From the NCBI GenBank assembly GCA_009778415.1, contig WRJV01000342.1:1-29895 (forward strand): 29,895 nucleotides of DNA, written 5' to 3'. The DNA comes from Clostridiales bacterium (lineage in GTDB: Bacteria; Bacillota; Clostridia; Peptostreptococcales; Anaerovoracaceae). Shown here piece after piece: positions 7,671 to 17,209 of this stretch. Positions within the stretch are counted from its first letter, which is position 1. Each line of letters opens with the position of its first letter. Under the pieces are notes generated by a model. The model made no database searches and was not told the origin of the DNA. It was given only the letters and a program-made list of their open reading frames with translations. The position numbers and the translations under genes were made by a program.

Positions 7671-10181
7671 TTATTTGGTGTAATGTATAAACAGGTCGAG
7701 AAGGTCGAGCATGTCTATGATGCCGTCGCTGTTCACGTCGCACATGCTTGCGGTGACGCCGTTGCCCCAGGTGTCGTTTACCTTGACCAAGGCTCCCCAA
7801 TCTTCGGTATCCTCGATGAAGCCGCAGTACAGCAGCATGATGCCAAGGTCCAGGGCGTCTACGGTGCCGTCCCTGTTCAGGTCGTACTTCGACCTTGCGA
7901 TTATCGTGGTAGCTGTGCCGTTTTCAATTACGGATCCGACGTATTTTGTCGTGTCGTCCAGCAAGCCCACAACCTTTGCTGATGTCAGCGTCATTGCAGC
8001 GTTGCCAAACCCTTTGGGCGCAAATATGAATTTTGCGATGTCAACAGGGGCGAAAGAAGTCAAACCCTTCGTGGTCCCGGAAGGCAGCGCCAGCGTTACT
8101 GTGCCCTTCCATCTGTTGTCTCCTGCATGGACCCATAGGATGTTGTTCAAGTTGTCAAACCCGGAAAGCCCCACTATGCCGTTGCCTGCCAGCATGTCGC
8201 CGTCGATCTCGAACTCCAGCTCCACAGCCAGCACGTCCCTGGCGTTTTCGAGCGACACGGTGTAGTCTATGTCGCTGTTGATGTAGCTCACTGCATCGAC
8301 GTTTGCGCTGACTTTGACTTTGTCGTATATCACTGTCGTCTGCCCAATCAAGTTGGCGCCAATGGCAGCGTCCCAAATGTCACCCTTGTTCGCAAACCGT
8401 ATGCAGCGCCTATTGGCACTGGTTTCTTTCGGGTCGTTGAGCTTCAGGTAGATGTCGTAGTCGCCGGTAGGCACTTCGCCAAATGCGCTCATATCTATTG
8501 AGAAGTTCAAATCACGGTATGCAGCGGTGTTGTCCGCCCTGCAGTTTCCATCCTCTGCCGGCAGCAAATCCCTCGCGTCAATGTCCGTAAGCGCAGTGTA
8601 AGTTGCGCCACCATCTTTGGCTTTTAGTACGACCGACACGTTTTTCCTGTTCACTATAAGGCCGAAGCCGACGTTTTGGATCTTCCCTTCGAAATTCAGC
8701 GTGCCGTTTTGCTCTGCCCATTCGCTTGCGTTAGCCTCGCGCATCACCAGCCTATAGCCCAGCCTGTCGCGCATGAACTCCATTCCGCTCCTGCCGTCGT
8801 ACATCGGGTCAAAGAATGCCGTAACAGTTTTCCCGTTGTGGGGGTAAGTGATCGGGGCAGTGACATTCGCCTCGTTGTAGACGAAATCGCCCCAAAGCCT
8901 ATATGTGTTTTGGTTCCAGCTGGTATTCAAATGACTCGTATGGGCGTAAGCGGCCTCATAAGGGACGCTCGGGAACCTGGGATAGACTGTATTGCTGGGG
9001 CTGACTGATTCGCCGCCGTAGAAGTTCATCTGGTTTCTTATCCACGTCAAAGCACCGTCACGGCTGTACGTAGTGGGGGACAGCAACCTGTTCCCTTCAG
9101 AAAGCGAGCCGTTGTCAGACGGGCTGCTGCCGCTGCCGCCGCTAGAATAACTGTCGTTGAACATGCCTATCCGTTGCTGCCGCGTACCGCGCACCGGCGC
9201 CGGCGGCAAATTGACAAAGCTGTAATTGGTTTTGTACTCAACGTTCTGCCATGCCATGGCGCCTCCTGCGTGCGCCAAAATCGAGCGGGACTCCGGAACA
9301 TAGTCGAGCAATGCGTTGATCAGCCAGTTGTACCCTGCCGCAGTTGAAGCATAGGTTGACGAGTGCATTTCGCCCCATGCGCCAAATATGCCCCCCTTGA
9401 CAACCATGATGCAGTCCTCGTATTCGCTGAAAACACTCCCGATCTGCCAAAGGTGGTACTGCACCCAGTTTTTGTCCTCATGCCCAGGTATGCCGCACAA
9501 GTCAGACTGCGTTTCATTTTGCCCATTGACTCCTCCGGCTTCCCACCAGTCTCGGCCCCTTCGAGCCCCTGGCTCCGGATCGTGGATGACCCGGTCGTAA
9601 GTGACGCCGTTCACCGTGGTGTCAATATAGGTATAGCCTTGCCCATCGTAACTGAACTTCACTATGGCAACAGCCTCGCTGTCCCTTACTCTTTGAAGCG
9701 CCGCCCTAATATAATCCAAGGCAGCCGGCGTTATTGGCTGAGTCGTTCCATAGTCAGGTGCAAGGGTGCCCGCAGTGCTCCAAGGCCCCAGAGGCCTCCT
9801 GTTGAGCGGGGCGTTCGACGAGAAGTTCCTCAAGTCGAATTCCATGTAGATGATACGGCAGTCAGCTGAGACTGTGGTGCCTGTTATCGTGGCACTCAAC
9901 GTTGGAAAGCCCGGCGTGCCGCCGTTGACTGGAATCACATAAGACTGAGGCCTGTAAAACCCCCTGTCCGGATTGGGAATGTCAACGGGGTTTTCGGTGA
10001 AGTCCAAATCCTGTGGTACGAGCGGTGACACGTCCTGCCCATACCCCAAGCCGTATAGATCAAGTTTGCCATAATCGATAGTTGCGCCTAGCGCCGCCGT
10101 CGAGGGCACAAACACCATCGACAGGGCGAATGACAACGCGACGACTAATGATAAGATTTTTTTGCTTTTTTCTGTTCTCAT
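7671..10181 (-). CDS. Secreted DUF4874/DUF4832-type putative glycoside hydrolase with cohesin-like and dockerin-like modules (paralog 2)
   Basis: Signal peptide. NPDRGFY, GAWGEMH, FYGGE and RLGYRL motifs. Same tail as paralog 1 (dockerin-like at 7674-7886). Same TTTATTATGGAGGT ribosome-binding region as paralog 1. Confidence 0.75.
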   Translation of the reverse strand: MRTEKSKKILSLVVALSFALSMVFVPSTAALGATIDYGKLDLYGLGYGQDVSPLVPQDLDFTENPVDIPNPDRGFYRPQSYVIPVNGGTPGFPTLSATITGTTVSADCRIIYMEFDLRNFSSNAPLNRRPLGPWSTAGTLAPDYGTTQPITPAALDYIRAALQRVRDSEAVAIVKFSYDGQGYTYIDTTVNGVTYDRVIHDPEPGARRGRDWWEAGGVNGQNETQSDLCGIPGHEDKNWVQYHLWQIGSVFSEYEDCIMVVKGGIFGAWGEMHSSTYASTAAGYNWLINALLDYVPESRSILAHAGGAMAWQNVEYKTNYSFVNLPPAPVRGTRQQRIGMFNDSYSSGGSGSSPSDNGSLSEGNRLLSPTTYSRDGALTWIRNQMNFYGGESVSPSNTVYPRFPSVPYEAAYAHTSHLNTSWNQNTYRLWGDFVYNEANVTAPITYPHNGKTVTAFFDPMYDGRSGMEFMRDRLGYRLVMREANASEWAEQNGTLNFEGKIQNVGFGLIVNRKNVSVVLKAKDGGATYTALTDIDARDLLPAEDGNCRADNTAAYRDLNFSIDMSAFGEVPTGDYDIYLKLNDPKETSANRRCIRFANKGDIWDAAIGANLIGQTTVIYDKVKVSANVDAVSYINSDIDYTVSLENARDVLAVELEFEIDGDMLAGNGIVGLSGFDNLNNILWVHAGDNRWKGTVTLALPSGTTKGLTSFAPVDIAKFIFAPKGFGNAAMTLTSAKVVGLLDDTTKYVGSVIENGTATTIIARSKYDLNRDGTVDALDLGIMLLYCGFIEDTEDWGALVKVNDTWGNGVTASMCDVNSDGIIDMLDLLDLFIHYTK

Positions 10182-10299
10182 TGTTCACCTCCATAATAAA
10201 AAATCATTTTCGTCAGGTTGCTTTGCCTCTTTTGCCTTGAAGTTGAGGTTCTTCGCTTTCCTCCTTTCGTTTTATTCCGTTCAACTTTTTCCTGCCTTT

Positions 10300-10328
10300 A
10301 TTGTATTATTCTTGATGAAAAACGTCAA
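10300..10328 (-). promoter_or_regulatory. Sigma-A promoter for the two DUF4832-type genes
   Basis: Minus strand TTGACG (10328-10323), 17 bp, TACAAT (10305-10300). Confidence 0.65.
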
Positions 10329-10464
10329 ACTATTTCTTGGGATTTGTTAAGGTTTTCTGGAATCAGGGGTGAGTTGAATGAAATGTCAACGAAACTGATT
10401 GGTGCCCGCGTTGGTTAAGAGAATAGAATTAGAATTAGAATCACAATCATAGCTTTCGGGCGTG

Positions 10465-11280
10465 TCACAGCCCGATATCCTTCAATCCGGCAACAATCCC
10501 AATATAGAATTCCCGAATGTCGCAAACCCCGCCCGCTTTAGGCCTTTTTGCGAAGTTCCTCCTGCGAAGGTCCACTTCGTCCACGTGGGAAATCCCCCTG
10601 CCGCCCGTTCCGCGCAGTATGCCCCTGAAGTTTGTCCACACTGCTGACTTGGCCGTAACCAGGCCGTCGTTTTCGCCTTCAACCAGCCCGACTATCAAGT
10701 TTGGCCAAAACATAATCAAATCGCTGAACGGGTTTTTCATGACGGGGGCGTAGCTCTGATAGTAGACGGCATCGGCGTCAGGGTTCTGTGCGTTGAATTC
10801 CTTCATGTAACCTGTGGAAAATTGCCTGCTCGCTGTGAAGAAGTCGGGGTTTTTGTCCCCAAGCGTCCGGCAAAACAAATTCACCAATACGGCGGCTACC
10901 CGAAACAGCCCTGTTGGCAGCTTGCACAGCAAGTCGATGGTCTTTGAGCCGTGGTGAGGGGTGGCGACCGTGGTCAAACTGGCCACTTCTGCTGCCATCT
11001 CCAATGAAGATATCATATAGCGGGCGTCAAGGCCGCCTTTTGAATGGGCGACAATGTTGACTTTTTCGCTGCCTGTCTCTGCAAGGGCTTGCCTGATGTT
11101 GCCGGCAAGCACTGCTGCGTTGTATTCGATGCTACCCCAGCTGTCTTGGTGCCCATAAAAAACCGCCGCGCCCTGTTCTTCAAGCGCCGCAGGTATCCTT
11201 CCCCAGTAGTTTATGTGCTTCTTGTCGCGGAAGCCCGCGCCATGCACCATCACGACAGGGTACTTCGTGTTGCAGGCCAT
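10465..11280 (-). CDS. Alpha/beta hydrolase, triacylglycerol lipase-like
   Basis: PVVMVHG oxyanion motif, AHSKGG nucleophile elbow, TPHHGS, ENDG acid and GISH histidine. No signal peptide. Confidence 0.85.
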   Translation of the reverse strand: MACNTKYPVVMVHGAGFRDKKHINYWGRIPAALEEQGAAVFYGHQDSWGSIEYNAAVLAGNIRQALAETGSEKVNIVAHSKGGLDARYMISSLEMAAEVASLTTVATPHHGSKTIDLLCKLPTGLFRVAAVLVNLFCRTLGDKNPDFFTASRQFSTGYMKEFNAQNPDADAVYYQSYAPVMKNPFSDLIMFWPNLIVGLVEGENDGLVTAKSAVWTNFRGILRGTGGRGISHVDEVDLRRRNFAKRPKAGGVCDIREFYIGIVAGLKDIGL

Positions 11281-11282
11281 GT

Positions 11283-12659
11283 CTAAAGCCCCCTGTCTTT
11301 CAGCTGGCTAACTAGATCGACATAGAACTCGCATACGTCGAAGCCTTTGATGTCTTTTCGCGTGAGGTCAATCATGTCGCCGTGGGAAATCCCCTGCTTG
11401 CCCGGTGGCGCAACTATGCCGAGAAAATTCCCCCATTCCATAGACACCACAGCAACCAGCCCGTCGTTGTCGCCTTCTGATGATTTTATCATGCGGTAGC
11501 CTAGGCTGAGCGGAAAGACTGCGCTTTTATGGGACCCCATCTTTGAGCCCACGCTTTGGTAATAGACCCCGGGGTCGTTTGGCATGCGCTGGTTGAGCGC
11601 GGCGCACTCGGTGTCCGTGAGGTTGGCGAGCCCGCCCATGAAATCCGGGCTGTCGTCTCCAAGCACCGTGAACAGCGTTTCATAGTTCTTTTTGATGTAT
11701 TGCAGCGCTTTTCCGGGAACGGCCTTTAGAATTTTCCTTACGCTGTTGCAGCCATAGTGCGGAGTGCAAACGGTAGTCAGCGAAGCCACGTATTCCGCTG
11801 CTCCAAGGCAGCTTATAGCGTAACGGCTGTCCAGCCCGCCCTTCGAGTGGGCGATGATGTTGAGCTTTTCGCAGCCTGTCTCAGAGACAATCCCCTTTAT
11901 GCATTCTGCCAACTGAGCGCCGCACTCTTCGACGGGCGCCGAGGATTCCTGGTTCCCGTAATAGCAGGCTGCCCCATTCGCTTCAAGCTCTTTAGGGATG
12001 CGCCCCCAGTAGTTGAAGTTCTTCCAGTCGCGGAAGAATATGCCGTGTACCAAAAGAAGCGGGTATTTCGTCTTGCACACCTCCTGGTGGCGCCGGCTTT
12101 CGTTTGTGTCCATTTTCTTTGAAGCAAACGTGTACTCGTTTATTGCCGAACTGCAAAGTTTTTTCAGCCAGATGGCATTTAGCACCGGCATCCACCAGAA
12201 AAAAAATAGCAGCAATTTCGTTGATATGTCTGCTTGCCTGGACGCGGCAAAGATGCGGACAAAGCCGTTTATGACCACAATGCCAAGCAGTATCAAAAAC
12301 ACAACGGCGTTTATTGACAGCACCAAATAAACCGGGAGTATAATTTCAAAACCGTAGTAAGATTTATAAACAAGGGCAAAAACAACGGCAAATCCGGCAA
12401 TCTCAACCAGCAGGCAGGCCATTGCCGTCAATATGCATTCCCTGCCGCCTATTAGTACCCGGAGCCGTAGGCGGTCGGATCGTTTTCCTCGCCCGTATGG
12501 GTATATGTTGAAACCCACGTAGAAGACAAGCAGCACAACGATCGCGCAGACCTTTACCACAACGGGGGAGTCAAAAATGTTGAACAGTATAAAGCTGTTG
12601 CAACACAGCAGCAGCAATATGCAGTTTGCGATCCTTTGGAGCAGTTTTTTCAATGTCAT
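11283..12659 (-). CDS. Membrane-anchored lipase-like alpha/beta hydrolase
   Basis: About 190-aa hydrophobic N-terminus (roughly 4-5 TM segments), then PLLLVHG, AHSKGG, DNDG and GISH. RBS GGGAGG 8 nt upstream. Confidence 0.85.
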   Translation of the reverse strand: MTLKKLLQRIANCILLLLCCNSFILFNIFDSPVVVKVCAIVVLLVFYVGFNIYPYGRGKRSDRLRLRVLIGGRECILTAMACLLVEIAGFAVVFALVYKSYYGFEIILPVYLVLSINAVVFLILLGIVVINGFVRIFAASRQADISTKLLLFFFWWMPVLNAIWLKKLCSSAINEYTFASKKMDTNESRRHQEVCKTKYPLLLVHGIFFRDWKNFNYWGRIPKELEANGAACYYGNQESSAPVEECGAQLAECIKGIVSETGCEKLNIIAHSKGGLDSRYAISCLGAAEYVASLTTVCTPHYGCNSVRKILKAVPGKALQYIKKNYETLFTVLGDDSPDFMGGLANLTDTECAALNQRMPNDPGVYYQSVGSKMGSHKSAVFPLSLGYRMIKSSEGDNDGLVAVVSMEWGNFLGIVAPPGKQGISHGDMIDLTRKDIKGFDVCEFYVDLVSQLKDRGL

Positions 12660-12868
12660 GACCGGTGCCTCCCTGTTTACAATGATTGGTCTGTTATCGT
12701 CACCTTTTCATATCAAACTCCTTGCAAAATAAGTGTTTCCATGCGCCCATCAGAAAAACTTCTGCCTTTTTGATCATAGCATTAACTGGGGTTGGTGTCA
12801 AATTTTCCGTTTTTATAAACCCGAAACAAGCAGTCAAGTCATATGAGGACACAAGTAAGCAAAAAGTG

Positions 12869-12897
12869 TTGAAATTGATGGAGAAACATTGTATAAT
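12869..12897 (+). promoter_or_regulatory. Sigma-A promoter upstream of the MCP gene
   Basis: TTGAAA (12869-12874), 17 bp, TATAAT (12892-12897). RBS AGGAGG at 13020-13025. Confidence 0.7.
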
Positions 12898-13032
12898 ATA
12901 TATACTGTCTTAATTTAACCCATCTTAGCTATAACGTAGGCCGTTTTTCAAACGGCTAATTCAGTTGCGCAGTAACATGCGTATTGTGATCTCGATTGTG
13001 GGGATACCCCAATTATAGCAGGAGGCTTAATT

Positions 13033-14772
13033 ATGAAAAATATGAAAGTAGCGAAAAAATTGATTGTCAGCTTCTTAGTCGTTGTAGTTCTGACAGGCAT
13101 TGTGGGCGCTGTGGGCATTATGGGCATGATGCAGCTCAATAGTTCAATGAACAACATGTACAATATGCAGACTGTGCCGATGCCGTACATGACGAAAATC
13201 ACGGAAATGATGCAGCGCCAGCGCGCTTGCCTCCGCGACATGATCATTGGCGCAGCCATAAACGACCATGCCCTCATTGACGATGCGAAAAACAGGGCAG
13301 ACGGGTACCACGAAACTTTGATGGCAAATTTGGACCCTTACCGCGCAACCATAATGAATCCTGACGCACTGCCGATTTTTGACGAAGCCCGCCGCTTGTA
13401 CGAAACAGACTTCAAAGAATGCAAAGACAAGATTTATTCGCTGGCAAAGGGCGGAACTGACGCCAGCGAAATATATACTGTCATGACCGGATACACCGCA
13501 AACATCAACAAAGTCGTCGAAAACTTTGACTTGATTTTGGACATGAAGGTACAAGCGGCAGCCGACGCCAGCACCAGCGGCGACGATTTGTACTCCAAAT
13601 CGATGATACTCATCATCATCGCCCTACTTGCGTCTGCCGGCATTGCGCTCACCTTGGCATTTTACATCTCCGGATTGATTTCCAAGCCGCTCATCACTCT
13701 TTCTACGTTTATGAAGAAAGCAGGTTCTACAGGCAATATAACCATTGAGGGCAATGACGCTGCACTTATACAAAGCTACGCGAATGTTAGGGATGAAATC
13801 GGGGAGACAGTAACATCTGCCGCAGCGTTTATCAAGCACGTCACTACGACCGCGAAAAACTTGGAAACTATAGCAGACGGCGACTTGACCGTCGAAGTGG
13901 AGACGCTCTCTGCGGAAGACACCATAGGGAACTCCGTGAAGAATATGGTTGAAAACCTCAACAGCATGTTCGGGGAAATCAATTCGGCAACCGCTCAGGT
14001 CTCAACCGGCTCCAATCAAGTAGCTGACGGCGCTCAGTCGCTTGCCCAAGGCTCGACGGAGCAGGCGGCCACTGTGCAGCAACTGTCGTCATCCATCTCC
14101 GAGATAGCGGAAAAGACAAAGACAAATGCGGAAACAGCAGGCAAAGCCGCTGAACTTGCGAGCACAATTATGGAAGACGCTGAAAAGGGCAATCGCCAAA
14201 TGGACGAAATGATATCCGCAGTGAGAGAAATCAGCGACGCTAGCCAGTCTATCGGTAAAATCATCAAGACAATTGACGACATCGCTTTCCAGACCAATAT
14301 TCTTGCGCTGAACGCTGCCGTGGAAGCCGCTCGCGCCGGCCAGCACGGAAAGGGTTTCGCGGTCGTTGCAGAAGAAGTCCGCAACTTGGCTGCAAAGAGC
14401 GCGGATGCTGCAAAGGAAACCGGCGACATGATTCAAAACTCGATGGCTAAAGCAGAACTAGGTGCCCGCATTGCGGGGGAAACCGCCGACAGCCTCAGAG
14501 AAATAGTGTCTGGCATAACCGAAAGCAGCCAGCTTGTAGGGGACATTGCAAGGTCGTCAGACGAACAGTCGCATGGCATAAGGCAGATCAACATCGGCAT
14601 CGACCAGGTGGCTCAGGTAATTCAGCAAAACAGCGCGACTGCTGAGGAAAGCGCCGCCGCATCTGAGGAAATGAGCAGCCAGTCCAACATGCTGCAGGAG
14701 CTTATTTCACATTTTAAACTTAGAAGCGGAGGCTCCATTTACTCGGGAGCGCGCTTGCAGGCAGATGCGTAG
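13033..14772 (+). CDS. Methyl-accepting chemotaxis protein
   Basis: TM1, helical extracellular domain (4HB-like), TM2, HAMP region, then the signalling hairpin [37 protein letters not shown]. Confidence 0.95.
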   Translation: MKNMKVAKKLIVSFLVVVVLTGIVGAVGIMGMMQLNSSMNNMYNMQTVPMPYMTKITEMMQRQRACLRDMIIGAAINDHALIDDAKNRADGYHETLMANLDPYRATIMNPDALPIFDEARRLYETDFKECKDKIYSLAKGGTDASEIYTVMTGYTANINKVVENFDLILDMKVQAAADASTSGDDLYSKSMILIIIALLASAGIALTLAFYISGLISKPLITLSTFMKKAGSTGNITIEGNDAALIQSYANVRDEIGETVTSAAAFIKHVTTTAKNLETIADGDLTVEVETLSAEDTIGNSVKNMVENLNSMFGEINSATAQVSTGSNQVADGAQSLAQGSTEQAATVQQLSSSISEIAEKTKTNAETAGKAAELASTIMEDAEKGNRQMDEMISAVREISDASQSIGKIIKTIDDIAFQTNILALNAAVEAARAGQHGKGFAVVAEEVRNLAAKSADAAKETGDMIQNSMAKAELGARIAGETADSLREIVSGITESSQLVGDIARSSDEQSHGIRQINIGIDQVAQVIQQNSATAEESAAASEEMSSQSNMLQELISHFKLRSGGSIYSGARLQADA

Positions 14773-14815
14773 TGCTCCAGGCGCAATTGCATAAAGAAAG
14801 CGCAGAGGGAAAAGT

Positions 14816-16285
14816 TTGGAACTGACAATGGCAGGGCTTGACCACAAACGTGCGGATCTTCGCGTTAGAGAAAAATTCTCGGTCACAGGCGAAAAATCCC
14901 GGTGCGTTCTGTCGGCAATCAAAGACAACGGCAACGTAGGAGGCTGCGTGGTCATATCTACGTGCAACCGTACGGAGCTTTACGCCTCCGTACGGGACAG
15001 CGGAGATTTTGAGCCGTCGCAAGCGCTTTGCGCTTCACTCGGCCGGGACTATGGCGAATTTGGGCATTTCTTCACCGAAAGGACAGGCAGGCAGGCGATG
15101 GAGCACCTGTGCCGCGTGGCATCCGGGCTGGATTCTCAGATTCTTGGCGACGACCAAGTCATCACGCAAGTTCGTGAAGCCTTGGAGTTGTCCCGTGGGC
15201 AAAACTGCACGGACAGCTATATAGAGACGATGTTCAAACTGGCTGTCCAATCGGCAAAAGCCATAAAAACAAACGTCGCGCTGAAATCGCTCGGCACCGG
15301 CTCCGTTCCCAGACAAGCCGTGGAAAAGCTCAAGGGGATATGCCCGCTCACCGGCCGAAGCGCGGTAGTCATCGGCAACGGAAAAATGGGCAGGCTCGTC
15401 TCGGAGCTTCTGCTTGCCGAGGGGATGAGGGTTACAGTCACTTTGCGCGAATACAAGAAGGGCAACCTGCAGATACCGGAACACGCGGAAACAGTGAACT
15501 ATTCCCAGCGGTATGCGGCAATAGAAAAAGCCGACATTGTCGTCAGCGCAACCACGAGCCCGCACTTCACTATCTGCTGCGACGAGCTGCTCAAGCTGGC
15601 GCGTTTGCCGGAAGTCATCGTGGACCTTGCAGTGCCAAGGGATGTGGAGCTCTCTGCTCGCGGCATTCCCGGCGTCACGCTGTTTACTATCGACGAAATA
15701 ACAGACGAAAAACATGACCTCCCGCTTGAAAGCCTGCATGTGATAGAGGAAATAATTGCAGAACATGTAGAAAAATACTACAAATGGGCTACGGTAAAAG
15801 AGGGTACTGCAGCAAAGCGGGCCGGCTCAGGGCGCTTCTTTCCGCTGTTTATAGACATGCAGGGCAGGAAAGCGCTCGTGCTGGGCGGCGGGAACATTGC
15901 CCAGCGCCGCACGAAAATTCTTGCGGATTTTGGCGCGGACATCACCGTAATCTCCCCTGTTGCGGGCGAATACATCGAACGCGCCTCAGCATCGGGAGCT
16001 ATCATCTGGCTGAAGCGGGAGTATGAAGAAGGTGACTTAGCTGATTTCGAGCCTTTCCTTTTAGTCGCGGCAACGGACTCGCGAAAGGCGAACCACGCCG
16101 CCATGGAGGAAGCTGCAGGGCTGGGCATACTCGTCTCGGTTGCGGACCACAGCGGGGAGTGTTCCTGCTTTTTCCCGGCGATTGCCGAAAGCGACGCCTT
16201 TGTCGCTGGCCTTATTTCAAAAAACGGCGACCACGGGAGCGTGAAACAAATGGCTGAAAGATTGAGGGGGCTGCTAGACCAATGA
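14816..16285 (+). CDS. hemA: Glutamyl-tRNA reductase fused to precorrin-2 dehydrogenase (HemA-SirC/CysG-N)
   Basis: GLDH...REKFS, catalytic STCNRTELY, GLDSQILG and IVDLAVPRDV. Then FFPLFIDMQGRKALVLGGGNIA and LLVAATD of SirC. TTG start. Confidence 0.88.
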   Translation: MELTMAGLDHKRADLRVREKFSVTGEKSRCVLSAIKDNGNVGGCVVISTCNRTELYASVRDSGDFEPSQALCASLGRDYGEFGHFFTERTGRQAMEHLCRVASGLDSQILGDDQVITQVREALELSRGQNCTDSYIETMFKLAVQSAKAIKTNVALKSLGTGSVPRQAVEKLKGICPLTGRSAVVIGNGKMGRLVSELLLAEGMRVTVTLREYKKGNLQIPEHAETVNYSQRYAAIEKADIVVSATTSPHFTICCDELLKLARLPEVIVDLAVPRDVELSARGIPGVTLFTIDEITDEKHDLPLESLHVIEEIIAEHVEKYYKWATVKEGTAAKRAGSGRFFPLFIDMQGRKALVLGGGNIAQRRTKILADFGADITVISPVAGEYIERASASGAIIWLKREYEEGDLADFEPFLLVAATDSRKANHAAMEEAAGLGILVSVADHSGECSCFFPAIAESDAFVAGLISKNGDHGSVKQMAERLRGLLDQ

Positions 16286-17187
16286 CAATGAGCAGAATAG
16301 TACGCGTTGGCAGCCGTGACAGCGTTTTGGCGGTAAACCAAGCACGGATTGTGATGGAAGCTATCAAAATGAACAATCCAGACCTAGAGCCAAAGCTCGT
16401 TACGATTAAAACGATTGGGGACAAGATACTCGACAAGAGCCTGGACGAAATTGGCGGCAAAGGCCTGTTCGTCAAAGAACTTGAACAGGCGCTGATCGAC
16501 GGGAGCGTCGACATTGCCGTACACAGCTATAAAGACATGCCCTACGAAGAAAACGAGAGCCTGCCGATAGTTGCGCTGTCCAAAAGGGAAGCGCCTTTTG
16601 ATGTGCTCGTCCTGCCAAAAGGCACTGAAGGGCTTGGCACAAAGCTAGGTGCAGGGCAGGGCAAACCAAAGCCTGTGGGCACCTCTAGCCTCAGGCGGGC
16701 GATCCAGTTCGCCAGGCTTGAAAGCGGCTTTGAAACAGCCTCCGTTCGGGGGAACGTGCTCACCCGGCTGTCAAAGCTTGACAGCGGCCAGTATTCCGCA
16801 CTGATACTGGCTCAAGCCGGGCTGGTCCGGCTTGGCCTGCAAGACAGGATTTCCCGCGTATTCGCTCCTGAAGAAATGATCCCATCAGGTTCCCAAGGCA
16901 TCTTGGCTGTCCAAGGAAGGCTTGGGGAGGACTTTTCGTATCTGCGCACTTTTCACGACCTTGAGTCTGAAATCGTTTCAAAGGCAGAGCGGCAGTACCT
17001 AAAAACCCTCGGTGTGGGCTGCCACTCGCCGGTGGCTGTCTACGGGCAGATATCCGGCAACGAGCTGCTTCTGACTGGGATGTACGTAGGCCCGGCAGGC
17101 AATGTGAAGACTGGGAACATCGGCGGCGATGCCGAAAAAGCCGAATCCCTTGGAGAGGCGCTGGCAATCAGGTTGCGCAGCAGTTGA
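16282..17187 (+). CDS. hemC: Hydroxymethylbilane synthase
   Basis: VGSRDSVLA, GGKGLFVKELE, DIAVHSYKD, VGTSSLRR and GVGCHSP (cofactor Cys). Confidence 0.95.
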   Translation: MTMSRIVRVGSRDSVLAVNQARIVMEAIKMNNPDLEPKLVTIKTIGDKILDKSLDEIGGKGLFVKELEQALIDGSVDIAVHSYKDMPYEENESLPIVALSKREAPFDVLVLPKGTEGLGTKLGAGQGKPKPVGTSSLRRAIQFARLESGFETASVRGNVLTRLSKLDSGQYSALILAQAGLVRLGLQDRISRVFAPEEMIPSGSQGILAVQGRLGEDFSYLRTFHDLESEIVSKAERQYLKTLGVGCHSPVAVYGQISGNELLLTGMYVGPAGNVKTGNIGGDAEKAESLGEALAIRLRSS

Positions 17188-17209
17188 AAAAAGAAAGGCT
17201 GGCAAAAGG

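Noticed and set aside
10190-10295. Purine-rich leader with GGCAAA and GACGAAA resembling a c-di-GMP-I riboswitch
   Set aside because: No pairing stems or GNRA-capped hairpin with the right spacing could be built. The internal AGGAGG has no start codon behind it.
10421-10441. TAGAAT-type micro-repeat (about 3-4 units)
   Set aside because: Too short and low-complexity to support any function, and not a CRISPR or iteron array.
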